A stretch of 64,000 nt of DNA from Eledone cirrhosa (GCA_964016885.1 OZ024743.1:191394001-191458000); one strand, 5' to 3'. Shown: positions 26,101 to 42,556, counted from the first letter of the stretch. The notes: generated from the letters alone by a model not told the origin. A program made the numbers and translations.

Positions 26101-26579
26101 ACTGGGGAGCTTTACCAGTTCGGGATAAATTCTACAGGCATGGAGGTGCCGTCAGCCGGTCATGTCCGAGATGCGTGCAGGGCGACGAAACCGTCCTGCA
26201 CGCACTCGTCCAGTGTCCGAGCATTGCTGACTTGTGGGTTTATGTCGAACACCTGCTGTCACGTGTAGGACGGATCCAGCTATCAGATGAGTCCTTCGTG
26301 AGGATTGCCCCGCCCCCTTCCTTTAGCCTGGAAGAGCAGGCAGTTTTTATCTGTCTGGTGGCCATGGCGAAAGAGATAGTATGGTGGACACGTTTGAAAG
26401 GGCTGAAGACGAGCACTTACCTCTTCGGTGATGCCCTGATTAACTTTTTCAAATTTCATTTGAAAAGGAAAATCAGGGTAGAGAGGGAAGTGCTCTCTTC
26501 CCAGCATTTTGTTGAAAGATGGGTGAGAGAAGCAAGTATGGCCCGAATGAATGGGCCTTCTCTGAGTATGTGTCTGTAA
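23160..26579 (+). pseudogene. Tx1 ORF2 (APE-RT-CCHC), frameshifted
   Basis: MTSLRIGSINARGL, GDWNG, YLDRVF, YTDHKF, KSPGLDGLP, KAFDRVDH, GCPLS, YADD and CPRC...HALVQC. Confidence 0.9.
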
Positions 26580-26848
26580 ATTAAAGGTGGAAAACTGGGA
26601 GAGGGCACTTGCCCTGGTGGTCAGGGTCACTGTGGTCTTTTAATGGGCTTTCTCCACAAATGTCCCTCGGAAGACTCCCCCTATTGGGGAATTTTTCTTT
26701 GTTATTTTATTACGTCCTCTGTTTTATTACACGCAGAAATGCCCATTTGTACCGTCCTGTATTGTCCTGCACTGTCCTTAATGTCTACTTTATGTAAACC
26801 CTTGTAGTTAATAAAGAAATCATTATTATTATTATTATTATTATTATT

Positions 26849-27468
26849 TGAGTCTCAGTCATTGACGTAATTTAACTGGAAAGTTTGTTGAAATAAATAT
26901 CAAACCCTTACCTGCAGCCTCAGACATTCAGGACGTATCGGAGGGTTCTTGCTGTTTCCAGCAAGCATGCCTTTTGAAGTGTTCCAAAAAGCAGTGCTGG
27001 ACTAATGTTCTTTAACCATCCTTGGAAACTCTTTGAGATAGTACCTAGTGCGCCTATGACAATCGGGACGATCTTGATTTCATGGCAGTTCCAAATCTTT
27101 TTTAACTCCCACTTTATATCCTGGTATCAGTTAATTTTCTCCCTCTCCTTTTCTTGCACTCTCGTGTCAAATGGGCAGGCTACATCTACAATCAGGCACG
27201 ATCTTTTCCGAAACCACCAGGTCAGGCCTATTGTGTTCTAATTTCTTGTCCGTCTGTATCCTAAAATCCCATAGCACCTTCTCATGACCGTTTTCTATTA
27301 CCGACTCTGGCTTATGCTCATACCACTTCTCAGAATGTGGTAAATTGTTTACTTTGCATAGGTGCCAGTGCATCACCCTGCCTATCACATCATGTCTCCA
27401 GCCTTTATAGTGAGTCTGGGCTTGGTGTTTACACTCGGATACAATGTGAGCCACAGTCTCCTCTCTCT
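26849..27468 (-). mobile_element. R4/Dong family C, 5'-truncated 3' fragment (diverged sister of 17691-18325)
   Basis: Collinear with the 3' end of family C (EETVAHIVSECK...RHD...RPDLVV). Its tail shares the (ATT)9 tract with Tx1 copy 2. Confidence 0.92.
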
Positions 27469-28506
27469 TCAGGTGTGGTCGCCGTTTGCTAGACACGTCT
27501 TTCCCCAGCTCGTCTCCTTGACGGAGCTGCAGTCCTGGGTCAAGCGAACACAGAGAGGGAGCGCTTGGAGACTGGAATGTTTTCAGGCGCTCAATGCCCT
27601 CGACCAGTCGGGCAATGTGATCGGTGGAAACTCCACCTTGGCGTTCTATAGAGTATTAGTGGAGGGGAAGAGCGACGACGTACTTGGGCAAACTCTAGGC
27701 GTCGACGAAGAACTTTCGGGCCGGGGCCTATGGACAATTTCCAGAAATCCCTGGCCTGGCAGTGCTACCGGGGAGCCTTGCCAGTTCGGGATAAACTCTA
27801 CAGGCATCGAAGTGCTGTCAGCCGGGCATGTCCGAGATGCGCGCAGGGCGACGAAACCGTCCTGTACGCACTCGTCCAATGTCCGAGCATTGCTGACTTG
27901 TGGGTTTATGTCGAACACCTGCTGTCGCGTGTAGAACGGATCTGGCTATCAGCTGAGTCCATCGTGAGGATCCCCCTCCTCTTCCTTTAGCCGGGTGGGC
28001 AGGCAATTTTTATCTGTCTGGTGGCCATAGCGAAAGAGATAGTATGGTTGACGCGTCTGAAAGGGCTGAGGCGAGAACTTACCTCTTCGGTGATGCCCTG
28101 ATTAACTTTTTCAAATTTCATTTGAAAAGGAAAATCAGAGTAGAGAGGGAAGTGTTCTATTCCCAACATTTTGTTAAAAGATGGGTGAGAGAGGCAAGAA
28201 TGGCCTGAGTGAATGGGCCTACTCTGAGTATATGCCTGTAAATTGAAGGTGGAAAACTGGGAGAGGGCACTTGCCCTGGTGGTCATGGTCACCGTGGCTT
28301 TTTTAATGGGCTTTCTCCACGATGGCCCTCGGATCTCCCCCCATTGGGGAATTTTTCATTGTTCCTTTTTTGTTAAATCCTGTGTTTTTGATGTTTTTTT
28401 TGCACGCAAAAAATGCCCATTTGTACCGTCCTGTTTTGTCTTGTATTGTCCTGTACTGTCCTTAATGTCTTACTTTGTGTAAATCCTTGTGGTTAATAAA
28501 GAAAGC
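27469..28506 (+). mobile_element. Tx1 5'-truncated 3' fragment (copy 3) ending in (ATT)5
   Basis: Starts tcaggtgtggtcgccg (=25773 of copy 2) and ends ccttgtggttAATAAAgaaagc-(att)5. Confidence 0.92.
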
Positions 28507-30254
28507 ATTATTATTATTATTGCTTTGTGCCTCGACACAACTTAATAAATCTATCCGTAAGTTTGTTACATTCTTACACTGTTATTCAACATATAATGAA
28601 CATTTGTGACTGTTTTGTAGATAAACTAACCAATATCTTAGTAAGCTGGTTAGTTTAGCTCTACATGTAACCCTTAGGGATTTAACTGAGGTTGGTATAT
28701 CAGACACGCCCCTCAATTTTCTTTGAAAAATGGACAAGGGGTGTACGTCTGCTGAATGGAAGAACCAGCTGTCCACAGAATTTAAACGCAAAAATTGTAA
28801 AACTCAGTGACAGCAGCAGCATCAATATTAGTAGCAACAACAACAGCAGTAGTAATAGTAGTAGCAGCAACAGCAGCAACAGCAATATCTACACAGCATG
28901 ACAAAGTTATGTATCAATTTTCCTACTGTTACATACAAGAACAACAAAAGAATATGATAACGACAAAAAGAAACAACAATACTAGCAATAACACCGCCTT
29001 CTTCAACACTAACACCACCACTGTAACAATAAATGTAACAGAAACAAACAAAAAAATAATAGCAACACAGACAACAACAACAGAAATGGTAACAACAACA
29101 TGAACAACAATAAAAAATCATAGCAATAACAGTATCAACAACACATTTGCAGCAACTGCTGGAAAGCACAAGAGCTATTCACACTAGACATTTCGGAAAA
29201 GGAAGCACGTTAGGCCCAGGCAGCGAAACTGATGAAAATAGGAAAACACGGGTCCAACCTAAATGTTCCAGAAGATGTAATGATAGCAAAGGAAAAGAAA
29301 ACGTTGCATTTCTTAAAAATCGAGAAAATGTGGAGCTTGACCCACAATGACAAGTGGAGGCCACTCTGAAATGGATCCTGTCAGACATTAGCATATTGCA
29401 AAGGCCAAGTGATTTTGTAGCATCTTCGTGCTACTCAAAACTGAGGCCCTTGCAATAAAACCCTCTTAACACCTTAAATTAGACGGGAAAAGTGGTCAGT
29501 TACCCCTTAGAGTAATGGTTAATGCACTCACAATGTATTCATGAGATCGGTGTTCGATACTACGTGGGTACTACTGACCCCTTACTTTTTCCATCACCAA
29601 TGTTATTTTACTCTCCTTCTTCGTTCACTTATTCCTGGGAGACTCAATATGGAGACTGTCCTCAAAGACACCTACTAGCGCGTCCTGTCAGAAGCAACCA
29701 ACTCCAATTGATCCAGCTGAATTCCTAAGCGAGACCAGCCAAGCTCATAGACGTCTTCCAACCATTTCACTTGAGTTCAACCTTTGGGTTTTACTCATAT
29801 AATGAGTCCAGTAATTCTTACCTGAGATATTTGAACCTCATATCCGTAGTATCGGAGCTCTGATCTCTCGATTTGGTGATGTAGTGACTGTCTGATCTCT
29901 CAGCTATGCACTATATCGAGTAACGTTACTCCAAACTACCATCCTAGAAACCCTATTTTGGCCCATTTCCATTCGCGATCGTATTATTTTCCAAGATTAT
30001 TTTATTCCATTTTCTAAACTATTATTTTTAGCGATTGACTGTTTTACAAATATTTTCTGCATTGGGGGTTCTCACATTTTCAAATTACAGCTCTTCGGAA
30101 TATATATATACGTGTGTGTGAGTACGTGCGCGCGCGAGTGTATGTGTGTTTGTATGTATGTATGTAGTTAGAAGATGCTGGATGGCGGTCGCCCTCGGGT
30201 CCTTGATTTTCAGCCCCATGCATTTTATCTATTACATTCATTTATTATATTTCG

Positions 30255-30313
30255 AATACGTGATGATATCACCGGATTCATACGGAACCCGGTCATTGAA
30301 ATGATCATAGTAT
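30255..30313 (+). ncRNA. Degenerate hammerhead-ribozyme-like motif in a short unit ending at (TA)n
   Basis: (g)TGATGA - stem accgg/ccggt - GAAA-tga-TC, followed by AATAAA. The unit runs to (TA)n at 30508. Confidence 0.4.
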
Positions 30314-30504
30314 AATAAACCTTTCAAGGATTTACACAAATCCAGCCTCCTGTCATTTCATTATAATATTTAACTCCGTAATAGCACCACCAACTACAAA
30401 AACAAAGACGGTTGAACTGCTTTACGTTGAGTACTCTCTATATTATTACATTACGATGGACCATACGGAATTGACCAGCTTTATCCAGTGGTGAACCTCA
30501 AACC

Positions 30505-30796
<292 letters not shown>

Positions 30797-32438
30797 CTAG
30801 CAACACTGTCATCAATGGTCTAACTGTTGCACCGATATCTGATGAGGACTGCTACAGATACCTGGGGATAGATGAGAACATCCTATAATGGTATCTGTAA
30901 TAAAGAACGCGTAACCAGGGAATACTACACCCGATTAAGAAAGATCTGGTCATCGGAACTCTCTGCGCAAAACAAAACAGTGGCTCACAATGTGTTTGCT
31001 GTGCCTATCCTAACACCAACGTTTGGAATACTCAATTGGACGATAGACGAAATCCGAGCAGTTGATGTTGGAACTCGAAAAATACTGAACAACACCGGAA
31101 ACTTCCACATCAACAGTGACATAGACCGCCTTTACTTGAAACGTAAGCAGGGAGGCAGAGGCCTAACATCAGTCCAGACAACATTTGAATGCCGCATCAT
31201 ATCTCTCCGTCAACATCTACGAACCTCGAAGCGTAGGAGCCCGCTTCTCGAGCAAGTCTATCTGCATGAAACAGATAAGATCATGAGAGTTGGGAAGGAA
31301 CTCCTTGAGAGATATTCCCTGTGTGATAATCAAAAACTCACACCCAGAGATGTCGCTCAGCAGTATCGCAGTGAATTCATGGATGAAAAACTGCATGCCT
31401 ATCAGCAAAAAATCATACATGGATATGTTGCCAGGAAGCTCCAGAGTGAGAGTAATATAGATAAGGAAAGTAGTCTATCTTGGACCAACAACCGCTATAT
31501 TGGCTCCCACTTTGAAGGATACGCTTTTGCAATCCAAGAACAGGAGTTTAGCACGAAATACCTGATTCACAAAAGAGAAAGGGATGCAGGCAAAACACCT
31601 AGATGTGATAACAAGTGCAGACTCTGCAGAACTAACATCGAGGATATCACCCATGTCATCAGCAGCTGTTCAAAGATGTCATCGCGGTACTATCTACCTA
31701 TGAGGTATGATGTAGTGGCCAAAACACAGTACAATGCAGTTCGTAAAAAAGATACCCCCGATAATAAACACATTAAAAGCTACAACAATGTGGAAGACAT
31801 CCATGTACATAATATTAAAGAGTACTGGTGGAGTGTTCCAGTAAAAACCCCAATAAAATGCAGGCATAACAGACCAGATATTATGATATGGGACAGGGAG
31901 AAGAAAACATGCACAGTAGTGGAAATTAGCTGCCCAGCAGATGCCAATATAATATCAAAGATTAGTGAAAAGGAGAATATTTATGCAGAACTGATGAGAA
32001 ATCTGCAGATACTCCACCCTGATTACACCTTCAGATTTATGCCTGTGGTTATTGGGGCACTGGGGTATGTTAGTAACTGCCTCAATACAAATCTTGAGAA
32101 GCTAGGCTTCACAGGAACAGAAAGAACACAACTAGTTAGGAAACTACAAGTACAATCCATTAATGGAACAGTAAAAATATGTAAAACATTCCAAACATTT
32201 TGCATCTAATAACTGCATAGACACATGTACAGATACAAAGCATATACACATGCACACATACAACTCAAAACATCCACATCCACGCATACAACAACATCCA
32301 TATCTACACATGCATGCATACATACATATCTACCTAGTTGATGTTGTGTAAATTCCAATGAGAGAGTCTTGTGTCTATGTTAGAAACCGACTCTCTCTCT
32401 AATGGTAAAACTTTGTGAAATTATAAAACCAGAAGAAC
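30797..32438 (+). mobile_element. R4 family B, 5'-truncated copy with an intact C-terminal ORF (30872-32209), inserted in (TACA)n
   Basis: Nearly identical to 15830-17428. (TACA)n lies on both sides and the 3' end is CCAGAAGAA|CATAC. Confidence 0.93.
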
Positions 32439-32956
32439 ATACATGCATACATACATACATACATACATATATACAAAGAAAGAGTCGTGTGGACGAGGAA
32501 CGAGGAATTATAATTCAATCTACATGTGCATTACATACTAATAAAATATCATGTTAAATATATTCATAAAATAATAGAATATGAACTCCCTTACAACTGA
32601 AAATACATATTAGAAAATAAAGGAAGGTAAAAATGCATAACTGCAGAGGATGATGATGCCTTAATTACACAACTCTAATTAATTATTATTAACGGCTATA
32701 AAGAAAAAAATCTTGAAGGCTGGTACGAACGCAATCTAGGGCGTCATTTCCTTTTCACACGTTTTTAGCTTAGGCAATCACGTTTTGATTATATATTGCA
32801 CTTGGTAATATTCATAATTATCTGTGCTGATTACTATTTTTCTGCATATACTCTAATTTATATGCCTGTTGCAATGATTATGTGTGGCTGCATATCAGTT
32901 TATGTATGTGCTGTTATATTATCTACTCACATAATTGTACAAAGATATAGAAGACT

Positions 32957-35395
<2,439 letters not shown>

Positions 35396-35969
35396 CAGAC
35401 TTCTAGTTCTGCAACAGAATTCAACATTCAACCTAGGCATTTTCCTATATTGAGACCGCATCAGAAATCTTAATCTAATTAGTCAATATGCTAATAGGGA
35501 ATCAAACAATAGTATTGAAATAAATATCGAGTTTATAGATCCAAAAATGTTAGTTAAATTTGAAGGTTGTATATTTTCTACGAAAATAATGTTACAGAAA
35601 TATATATCCATTAAAATATAACTGAAGCGAGATTCCGTGTCATACTGCTTAGCTCTTCTTCAGCGTTTACCTAAAAAGTACCGTTAAAATCAGTATTTTC
35701 AAACATAGATCCGGGGGACCATATAACAATTTTGTGGATCCATACTAAAAGTAGTAAAGTGGGGTCCACGGTAGTATTTTAGAGGTCCATAAAAACTTTT
35801 ACTTTCAAAGAAAATATTTTAAGCTTTAGAGAAAGAAAACAAATTTTAAAAAAAAAACAAGCAAACAATTAACGAAAGCAGTTGATATAAAAATAAAAAT
35901 AAATGATATTTGACAAAAGCAATAATTACACAACCAGAATCAGTGGTGATGGAGTGTAAATGAATTGGT

Positions 35970-36027
<58 letters not shown>

Positions 36028-36119
36028 TTATACATGTGTTGTAGTTTGCTTGAAGCATTGCATTACTGTATAATGTAGTATGTTATTCGAAGGCTACGAC
36101 AATGCAAAATGGATGGTAG

Positions 36120-36381
36120 ATTTTAGAATAAATTTAAGGTGAAGAAGATCTTGGTATCTCCTGTTATTTTATTTACCTGACCTAATATTTCGTGTCTAAA
36201 ATCCCTTCGTCAGAAGACTATGAGAAACTGGTTTTGGGCCTCTAACAATAAAAGCATGAACTCCAAGCCAGTTTCTCATCATAGTCTTCTAGGGAAGGGC
36301 TTTTACACCTGAAATAGGACAGGTAAATAAAGTAACATGTGACACACCAATATCTTCTTTTTTTCAATTTATTTCAAAATA
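36120..36381. repeat. Inverted pair (~120-bp arms), each arm carrying a degenerate hammerhead core
   Basis: Left arm, minus 36179-36218: gtctt-CTGACGA-aggg...cac-GAAA-tatt-aggtc. Right arm, plus 36284-36320: gtctt-ctaggga-aggg...cct-GAAA-t-aggac. Confidence 0.75.
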
Positions 36382-36390
36382 TAACATTTA

Positions 36391-36443
<53 letters not shown>

Positions 36444-36471
36444 GTAATAATAATAATAAATGTGAAGACTA

Positions 36472-36508
36472 AAATCTGAAGATCCAGTTAAGGGTGAAAG
36501 CAGCGATT
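36472..36508 (+). ncRNA. Hammerhead-like motif in a 90-bp unit between two (TA)n tracts
   Basis: CTGAAGA-tcc-agttaa-ggg-t-GAAA. Confidence 0.4.
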
Positions 36509-36668
36509 CGTTGCTTAAACTTTAATCTGTTATATATATATATATATATATATAGTAATAATAATAAATTTGAAGACTAAAATCCAAAGAGGGCTCGATA
36601 AGGATAAATATATATCAGATATATAAGAACCGTAGAGCAAATATTTATTAAAATAATATATATATATA

Positions 36669-37351
36669 TTTATTGCTCTGGTATCTATTGGGCGCTTACC
36701 AACACAAATCGGAAGTTGCGTTTCGCTAATTTCTTCTCACCGAAATGCGATTCTCGCTAAATTTATATTTGTATTAATCTCCCAAGTCTAGCAATTAACC
36801 AGTTAATTTTTTTGATTTTTTTTTTTTGTTAATTCTATTGACTGATTAATCGCTTAAGTTTATTTTAAAAACTACTCGGTCGAGAGCTTAATTCGTTTTG
36901 TGCTGTTTTTGCAAAGACTACACATACTGAATTAATTTGCCAAACTAGGCGTCTTCTTCCCTTTGGAGTTCACATGTGCTTTCAAAACACTGTGAGATCC
37001 TCGCGCAGAACAAAATGCCTGTTGAGAAAGCGATATCCTTGTTCGATCATCATACCAAAAGCTTATTATTTTTTTAAGCAGACAGTATTATTGATTTAGG
37101 TGTCACAGAAACCTTATATCTGATTTTACCATCATTTCCGAGGTCTGGGTAAATATTTCAATCATCATATCTTATTTTGTTTGACCCGCTTAGCTTGGTC
37201 GCTTTTATGGCTTAGGTGGTTAATGGCTTTTTAACTTATGTTTATTGCTCTGGTATCTTTGTATCCATTGAGCGCTTGCCAACACAAATCGGAAGTTGCG
37301 TTTCGCTAATTTCTACTCGCCGAAATGCTATTCTCACTAAATGTATATTTG
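36669..37351 (+). mobile_element. Unclassified ~580-bp (TA)n-bounded repeat (36775-37351) preceded by a tandem copy of its own last ~105 bp (36669-36774)
   Basis: ttattgctctggtatc...aacacaaatcggaagttgcgtttcgctaatttc...ctaaat.tatatttg occurs twice. The orientation assignment is arbitrary. Confidence 0.75.
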
Positions 37352-37416
<65 letters not shown>

Positions 37417-37744
37417 ATATATATATAAAGAAAGTCTGTGGTGTTAATACCGGGATAACCACAAATCATGGGAGTACTCGATGCACGGGGTGATGCAGAG
37501 TGGGTATAGAGGGACATATGAACCCGACAGCAATGCAATGTCAAGCGGTATCGACTTTTGTGCTCAGCAAGCTTTTTCTCCAGTATATTTTCACTTTTCA
37601 CGGCATTGGGTGACTCATATTATGTGGCAAAATAGTAGTCTGTTCTACAGCCAAAGTTCCTCAGGAAACTAAGGTGGAGTCCAAATTCTAGAACAGGTCG
37701 AAAACAACATATATACATGTATATAGTTGTGTATATATATATAA

Positions 37745-37795
<51 letters not shown>

Positions 37796-37865
37796 GTGGG
37801 TTGGGTGTATATATACATATGTACATATAAATACATACTCAAATATATATACGCACATTCGCTTA

Positions 37866-38602
<737 letters not shown>

Positions 38603-39279
38603 TTATAGGAAATTTTTACTGTTATTGTTGTAGTGTTTCATTTTGCAAGGCATATTTTTGCTTTCATTTTTTATTGAAAAAGTTTTAAATTTCTTACTCT
38701 CTAAAATGCTCGGTTAGCATATATCATATGAAGAATGTTAAGACATTCTTTATATGTTACATAATTTATATATGTATGACTTATTTTACTATTGAACATT
38801 CATTTTCCATAAAACTTGTGTTAGTTGTTAAAATATATGTACAATAAATTGTTTATACATCTACAAATCACAACATATTTTTATACAATTCCTTATAATA
38901 TTTATAAAAATACATAGGATATTTTTAAACATCGAATGGCTATGGGGATTCCACGAGAGTTAAACAGGAATCAAAGGTGTCCATAGGTAACACAAATTGG
39001 GAACCACTGGTCTAAATAAAGCAGATTTTATTATAGGCACTGATCCGTCCCTTCCTTTAGTTATAACAACATGCAACCTTATAATGTATTAATTGTCCAA
39101 TCCAACTCAAACCTTTCTCACTCCTGTTTGACCACCATCTCTTTCTTGGGTTTTGGTCATTTCAGGGGTGTAGCCGTACCCAACATGCTTGGTCAATTGT
39201 GAGTTCTGGTGACTATTTAACCTATATCTGGGGTGGATGTTCTTGACTCTGAGGAGTTCATCCAACCTTTTAAAAGCAC

Positions 39280-39430
39280 ATTTTTGGAGCTGCTGGGGTT
39301 CGTTCCACTTGCCCTCTTCACTAGATCAGAGTCTTGTGAGGGAGCCAGTTTAGTCGCCGACAACTTGACAGGAAATAGGTTGCACTGGGTTACATGACAT
39401 CAGTAGCAGGCAGGAACCTGAACTGACTAA
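39280..39430 (-). repeat. Dispersed repeat related to 49335-49532 (possible LINE 5' end)
   Basis: Shares gcca.tttagtcgccgac.ac..gac......aggttg.actgg.ttacatg..a.cagtagca with 49446-49511. Confidence 0.6.
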
Positions 39431-40809
39431 TGGTGTACTTCTAATTAAACTAAATGAGATTAAATTAAATGAATTTTCGATATTACTCAAGACAACTAAA
39501 ATATATATCAAGCAAGATGTAGAATATATTTGAAACTCTCAGTTACAATATGTCCTTATGTTTGGTAACGCGTACAGTCCGCATGTAAGTGTCCCTGCGT
39601 GTGTTTATGTTTGTATGCAAATAGTTATAGGTAGGCGAACAGACAGAGATAAAAGATTCGTGAAGTAGAGACGCGTATAAAACTAATGGATGAATAGTTA
39701 AGGAAAGGGGTAGTGAGAACTAGATATTTACATTCATGCGTGCATGTCTGTCTACAAGTATGAATGAGCGAGCTAACAGGTGTGCGTTTGTGTGTGCACC
39801 TACGCCCGTATGTATGTGTGATAGATATGTATTCACTGGCTAACACGGATCAATGGAGTTGTACTAAATATTTACTGTGTAAAAGGCGGATTATAGCAGA
39901 GTGTAGTGGTTTATAATAATTCTACAGCCAGACAACTGGCAATTTTTCGATATCCAACACATAATAACAATCAACTTTTCTCCATCCATCGGATTATCTT
40001 TATTTCAGATGGTAGTTTGCTGTCAGTTTGAGAATGCATTCCTTCTCTTTCTCTGTTGGCCAAGTACTAGATGGTTAACTTGAAAGTAGATATCTAATCA
40101 AAGAAGTTCGTCTCCAGATGAGAGCTGATGCTTCCTTCCGAAATTAAAACAACATCGCGTGATGGTGAATATTAAAGCGAAGATGATCTAATTCTTCCTG
40201 GAAATGGATGGCTTACTATGCTCAGTAAAACGTCTATATATATATATATATAAACATACACTCACAGCATTCAGAGGAATATTGATTTTCTTGTTCCTCT
40301 AGTGTTTGTCTTTTCTTTTATTATCAAATTTTTCCATGTTAGGAATTTGGATATCTGTCTTGTATAACAAATTGAATTAGTGTAATCTGGAAAGAAGTGT
40401 TTGCAGTTAGAAATTCATAGCGATTGACCTGCATCATGGTATGTAAAACGAAACTTGGCTTTTAGTTTGCGTTTCTTGCTGTGGTTGTTGTTGTTGGTAT
40501 TATTATTATTATTATTGATTGTTGGACTGTAAAGACGTGTTTTTGTGAGCTCCATGAGTTGGTTAATTTTCAAGTTTTTGCATTGAAATAATTGTTGTAT
40601 TTTTTTGACAAAGGAGTCATAACACACCAGCCTTTGCCCTGTGTAAAGGCGACACCCACCAAAAACAAAACATGACGGAACCACGCCACCCAACATTGAG
40701 TTTGCTGTCGTGTGAGAGAGGCGCCGGTGTTGAGCTAAGTAACACCGCCTCTAGTAAAAATTTAGACAATATTGCCAACAATGAAAACAACAGTACCAGT
40801 ACCACCAAC

Positions 40810-41190
40810 CAAAAATCACAGTCATTATACAAAATTCATAACTATGAGTAAGTGTTGGCACGACTACCGAAATAGAGATAGCGAGTTTGGCTTTTACACC
40901 TACTTCCCTTCTTCTGATTAACGAATGCTGAAGCTGGTGCATTATTGCAGTTTCTGCAATTCTTGCACTGAATTCAGCCTCCCGCCTTCCATCACTTGTG
41001 AACACAGCTCCGAGATACTTGAATTTCTTTACCTGCTTCAGTGGAACTCCATTCATATGTTGCGTGCACTACGCAGGCTTCCTTGAGAGGATGAGTTTTT
41101 CAGTCTTCGCAGCATTGATTTTCATTCCTGCCATGCAGCACCCAGCATCAAGCCTATCAAATGCACGTCAGAGATCAACTTCTGGTGTGT
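40810..41190 (-). mobile_element. Degenerate RTE-clade RT fragment
   Basis: NGVPLKQVKKFKYLGAVFTSDGRREAEFSARI...KAKLAI..SVVVPTLT. Confidence 0.75.
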
Positions 41191-41201
41191 TAAGTAATAC
41201 C

Positions 41202-41453
41202 AAGAAGAAGAAGAAGAAGAAGAAGAAGAAGAAGAAGAAGAAGAAGAAGAAGAAGAAGAAGAAGAAGAAGAAGAAGAAGAAGAAGAAGAAGAAGAAGAAG
41301 AAGAAGAAGAAGAAGAAGAAGAAGAAGAAGAAGAAGAAGAAGAAGAAGCAGCAGCAGCAGAAGAAGAAGAAGAAGAAGAAGAAGAAGAAGAAGAAGAAGA
41401 AGAAGAAGAAGAAGAAGAAGAAGAAGAAGAAGAAGAAGAAGAAGAAGAAGAAG

Positions 41454-41483
<30 letters not shown>
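41202..41483. repeat. (GAA)n microsatellite with a short (GCA)n interruption
   Basis: Direct reading. Confidence 0.97.
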
Positions 41484-41485
<2 letters not shown>

Positions 41486-42556
41486 TGTCTGCTTTGATAT
41501 CAGATGCTTGCATGGCTGACGTTAAAATAAATATCGTTTCTTAACTGTTTGATAACAATGAGCGTGTAATTTCGTTCGTCGTCCACAATCTGGCGTATTA
41601 AGGATGAACTTTTTCCTGAATTTCTTTTCCATCACATTTTTAAGTGGATTCTATGATTTTACAGAAGACGTTTAATTTTCAGCGAAGAAGGCTTTTTATA
41701 ACTTCTAAATATTTAGCTCTGGTTTCTTACTGCCTATCCCGCTAGTGTAGCATCTGTTGACGTAGCAGTGTATAGTGATATTCTGCTCGTACGTTCTTCC
41801 TTTTGGTTTAATCCCTGCTGAATTGTTTCCGTGTTTAGCTTTCAATTCAAAAGATTTAGGGAATCACGTTATCTGGTACAATAGTTCTAGAAATTGTTTA
41901 TAGTACATTAATTAATATCTCTCTTATACTGAAAATGTTCAAACACTCTCGAAGTATTCACTAGACGCTGTTTTTCTCAATAGCTTTGCCAGACAAGACG
42001 ATATGAGTGAGTGAATGTGCAGCGCACAAACATCATGCGATAAAATTAACATTGAAATCAACATCAAAATGAGCCTTTAGTTATGAGAATATTGCCATCA
42101 ACAATCTTCTCCAGAGGTATTTCAGTTAATAAAATTTATCGATTTACTCACAATTTTCCATGAGGTTTATAATTTAAAAAATACTGAGGTTACAAGCGGG
42201 GGTTTGGAAAACTACTTTTTTTTTCTTTTTTTACTTAGCTAGCTTCTTGGCAACAAATTTCGTTTCATCTTTACGAGTTTCCTCTACAAACTTTCTTTTT
42301 TTTTTTTATATTGTTTAATCTACATTGAATTGTTAAACAGCTTTGTTTTATATTTGTTTTTGTTTGGTTGGTTAGTTGTTTTTGTTTTGTTTTTGTTTGC
42401 TGAATTTCGCCAGAAGCTTCGAATGCCGAGTGTGGTCAAAGACGCCCATCCATCACTGAAAATGTATTTTACATGAGTTTTTACTACACAACTACGCATT
42501 ACTCATTTTAAGGAGTCTAGAAATGGTTTTGTAAAATACATGTTTTATTTCATAAT

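Larger units (their letters stand above)
21130..26821 (+). mobile_element. Tx1/L1-clade element, copy 2, apparently full length, ending in (ATT)9
   Basis: ORF1 and ORF2 remnants. The 3' UTR ends cttgtagttAATAAAgaaatc followed by (ATT)9 at 26822-26848. The 5' boundary is approximate. Confidence 0.93.

Noticed and set aside
27362-27934. ORF spanning the Dong|Tx1 junction as a possible fusion gene
   Set aside because: It is antisense Dong joined by chance to a frameshifted Tx1 fragment.
26849-28506. Recent tandem duplication of 17691-26821 with internal deletion
   Set aside because: Both components differ at many positions and in UTR indels; only an old duplication remains possible.
28800-29400. 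Thr/Asn/Ser-rich ORFs
   Set aside because: Low-complexity CAA/CAG sequence, perhaps a decayed LINE ORF1, with no recognisable domain.
39990-40240. Splice-acceptor-like ttatctttatttcag suggesting a host exon
   Set aside because: All three frames close quickly, and there is no donor or homology support.
40998-41519. Poly-Lys/poly-Leu ORFs (also 59459-59889)
   Set aside because: These are (GAA)n tracts, with no coding evidence.
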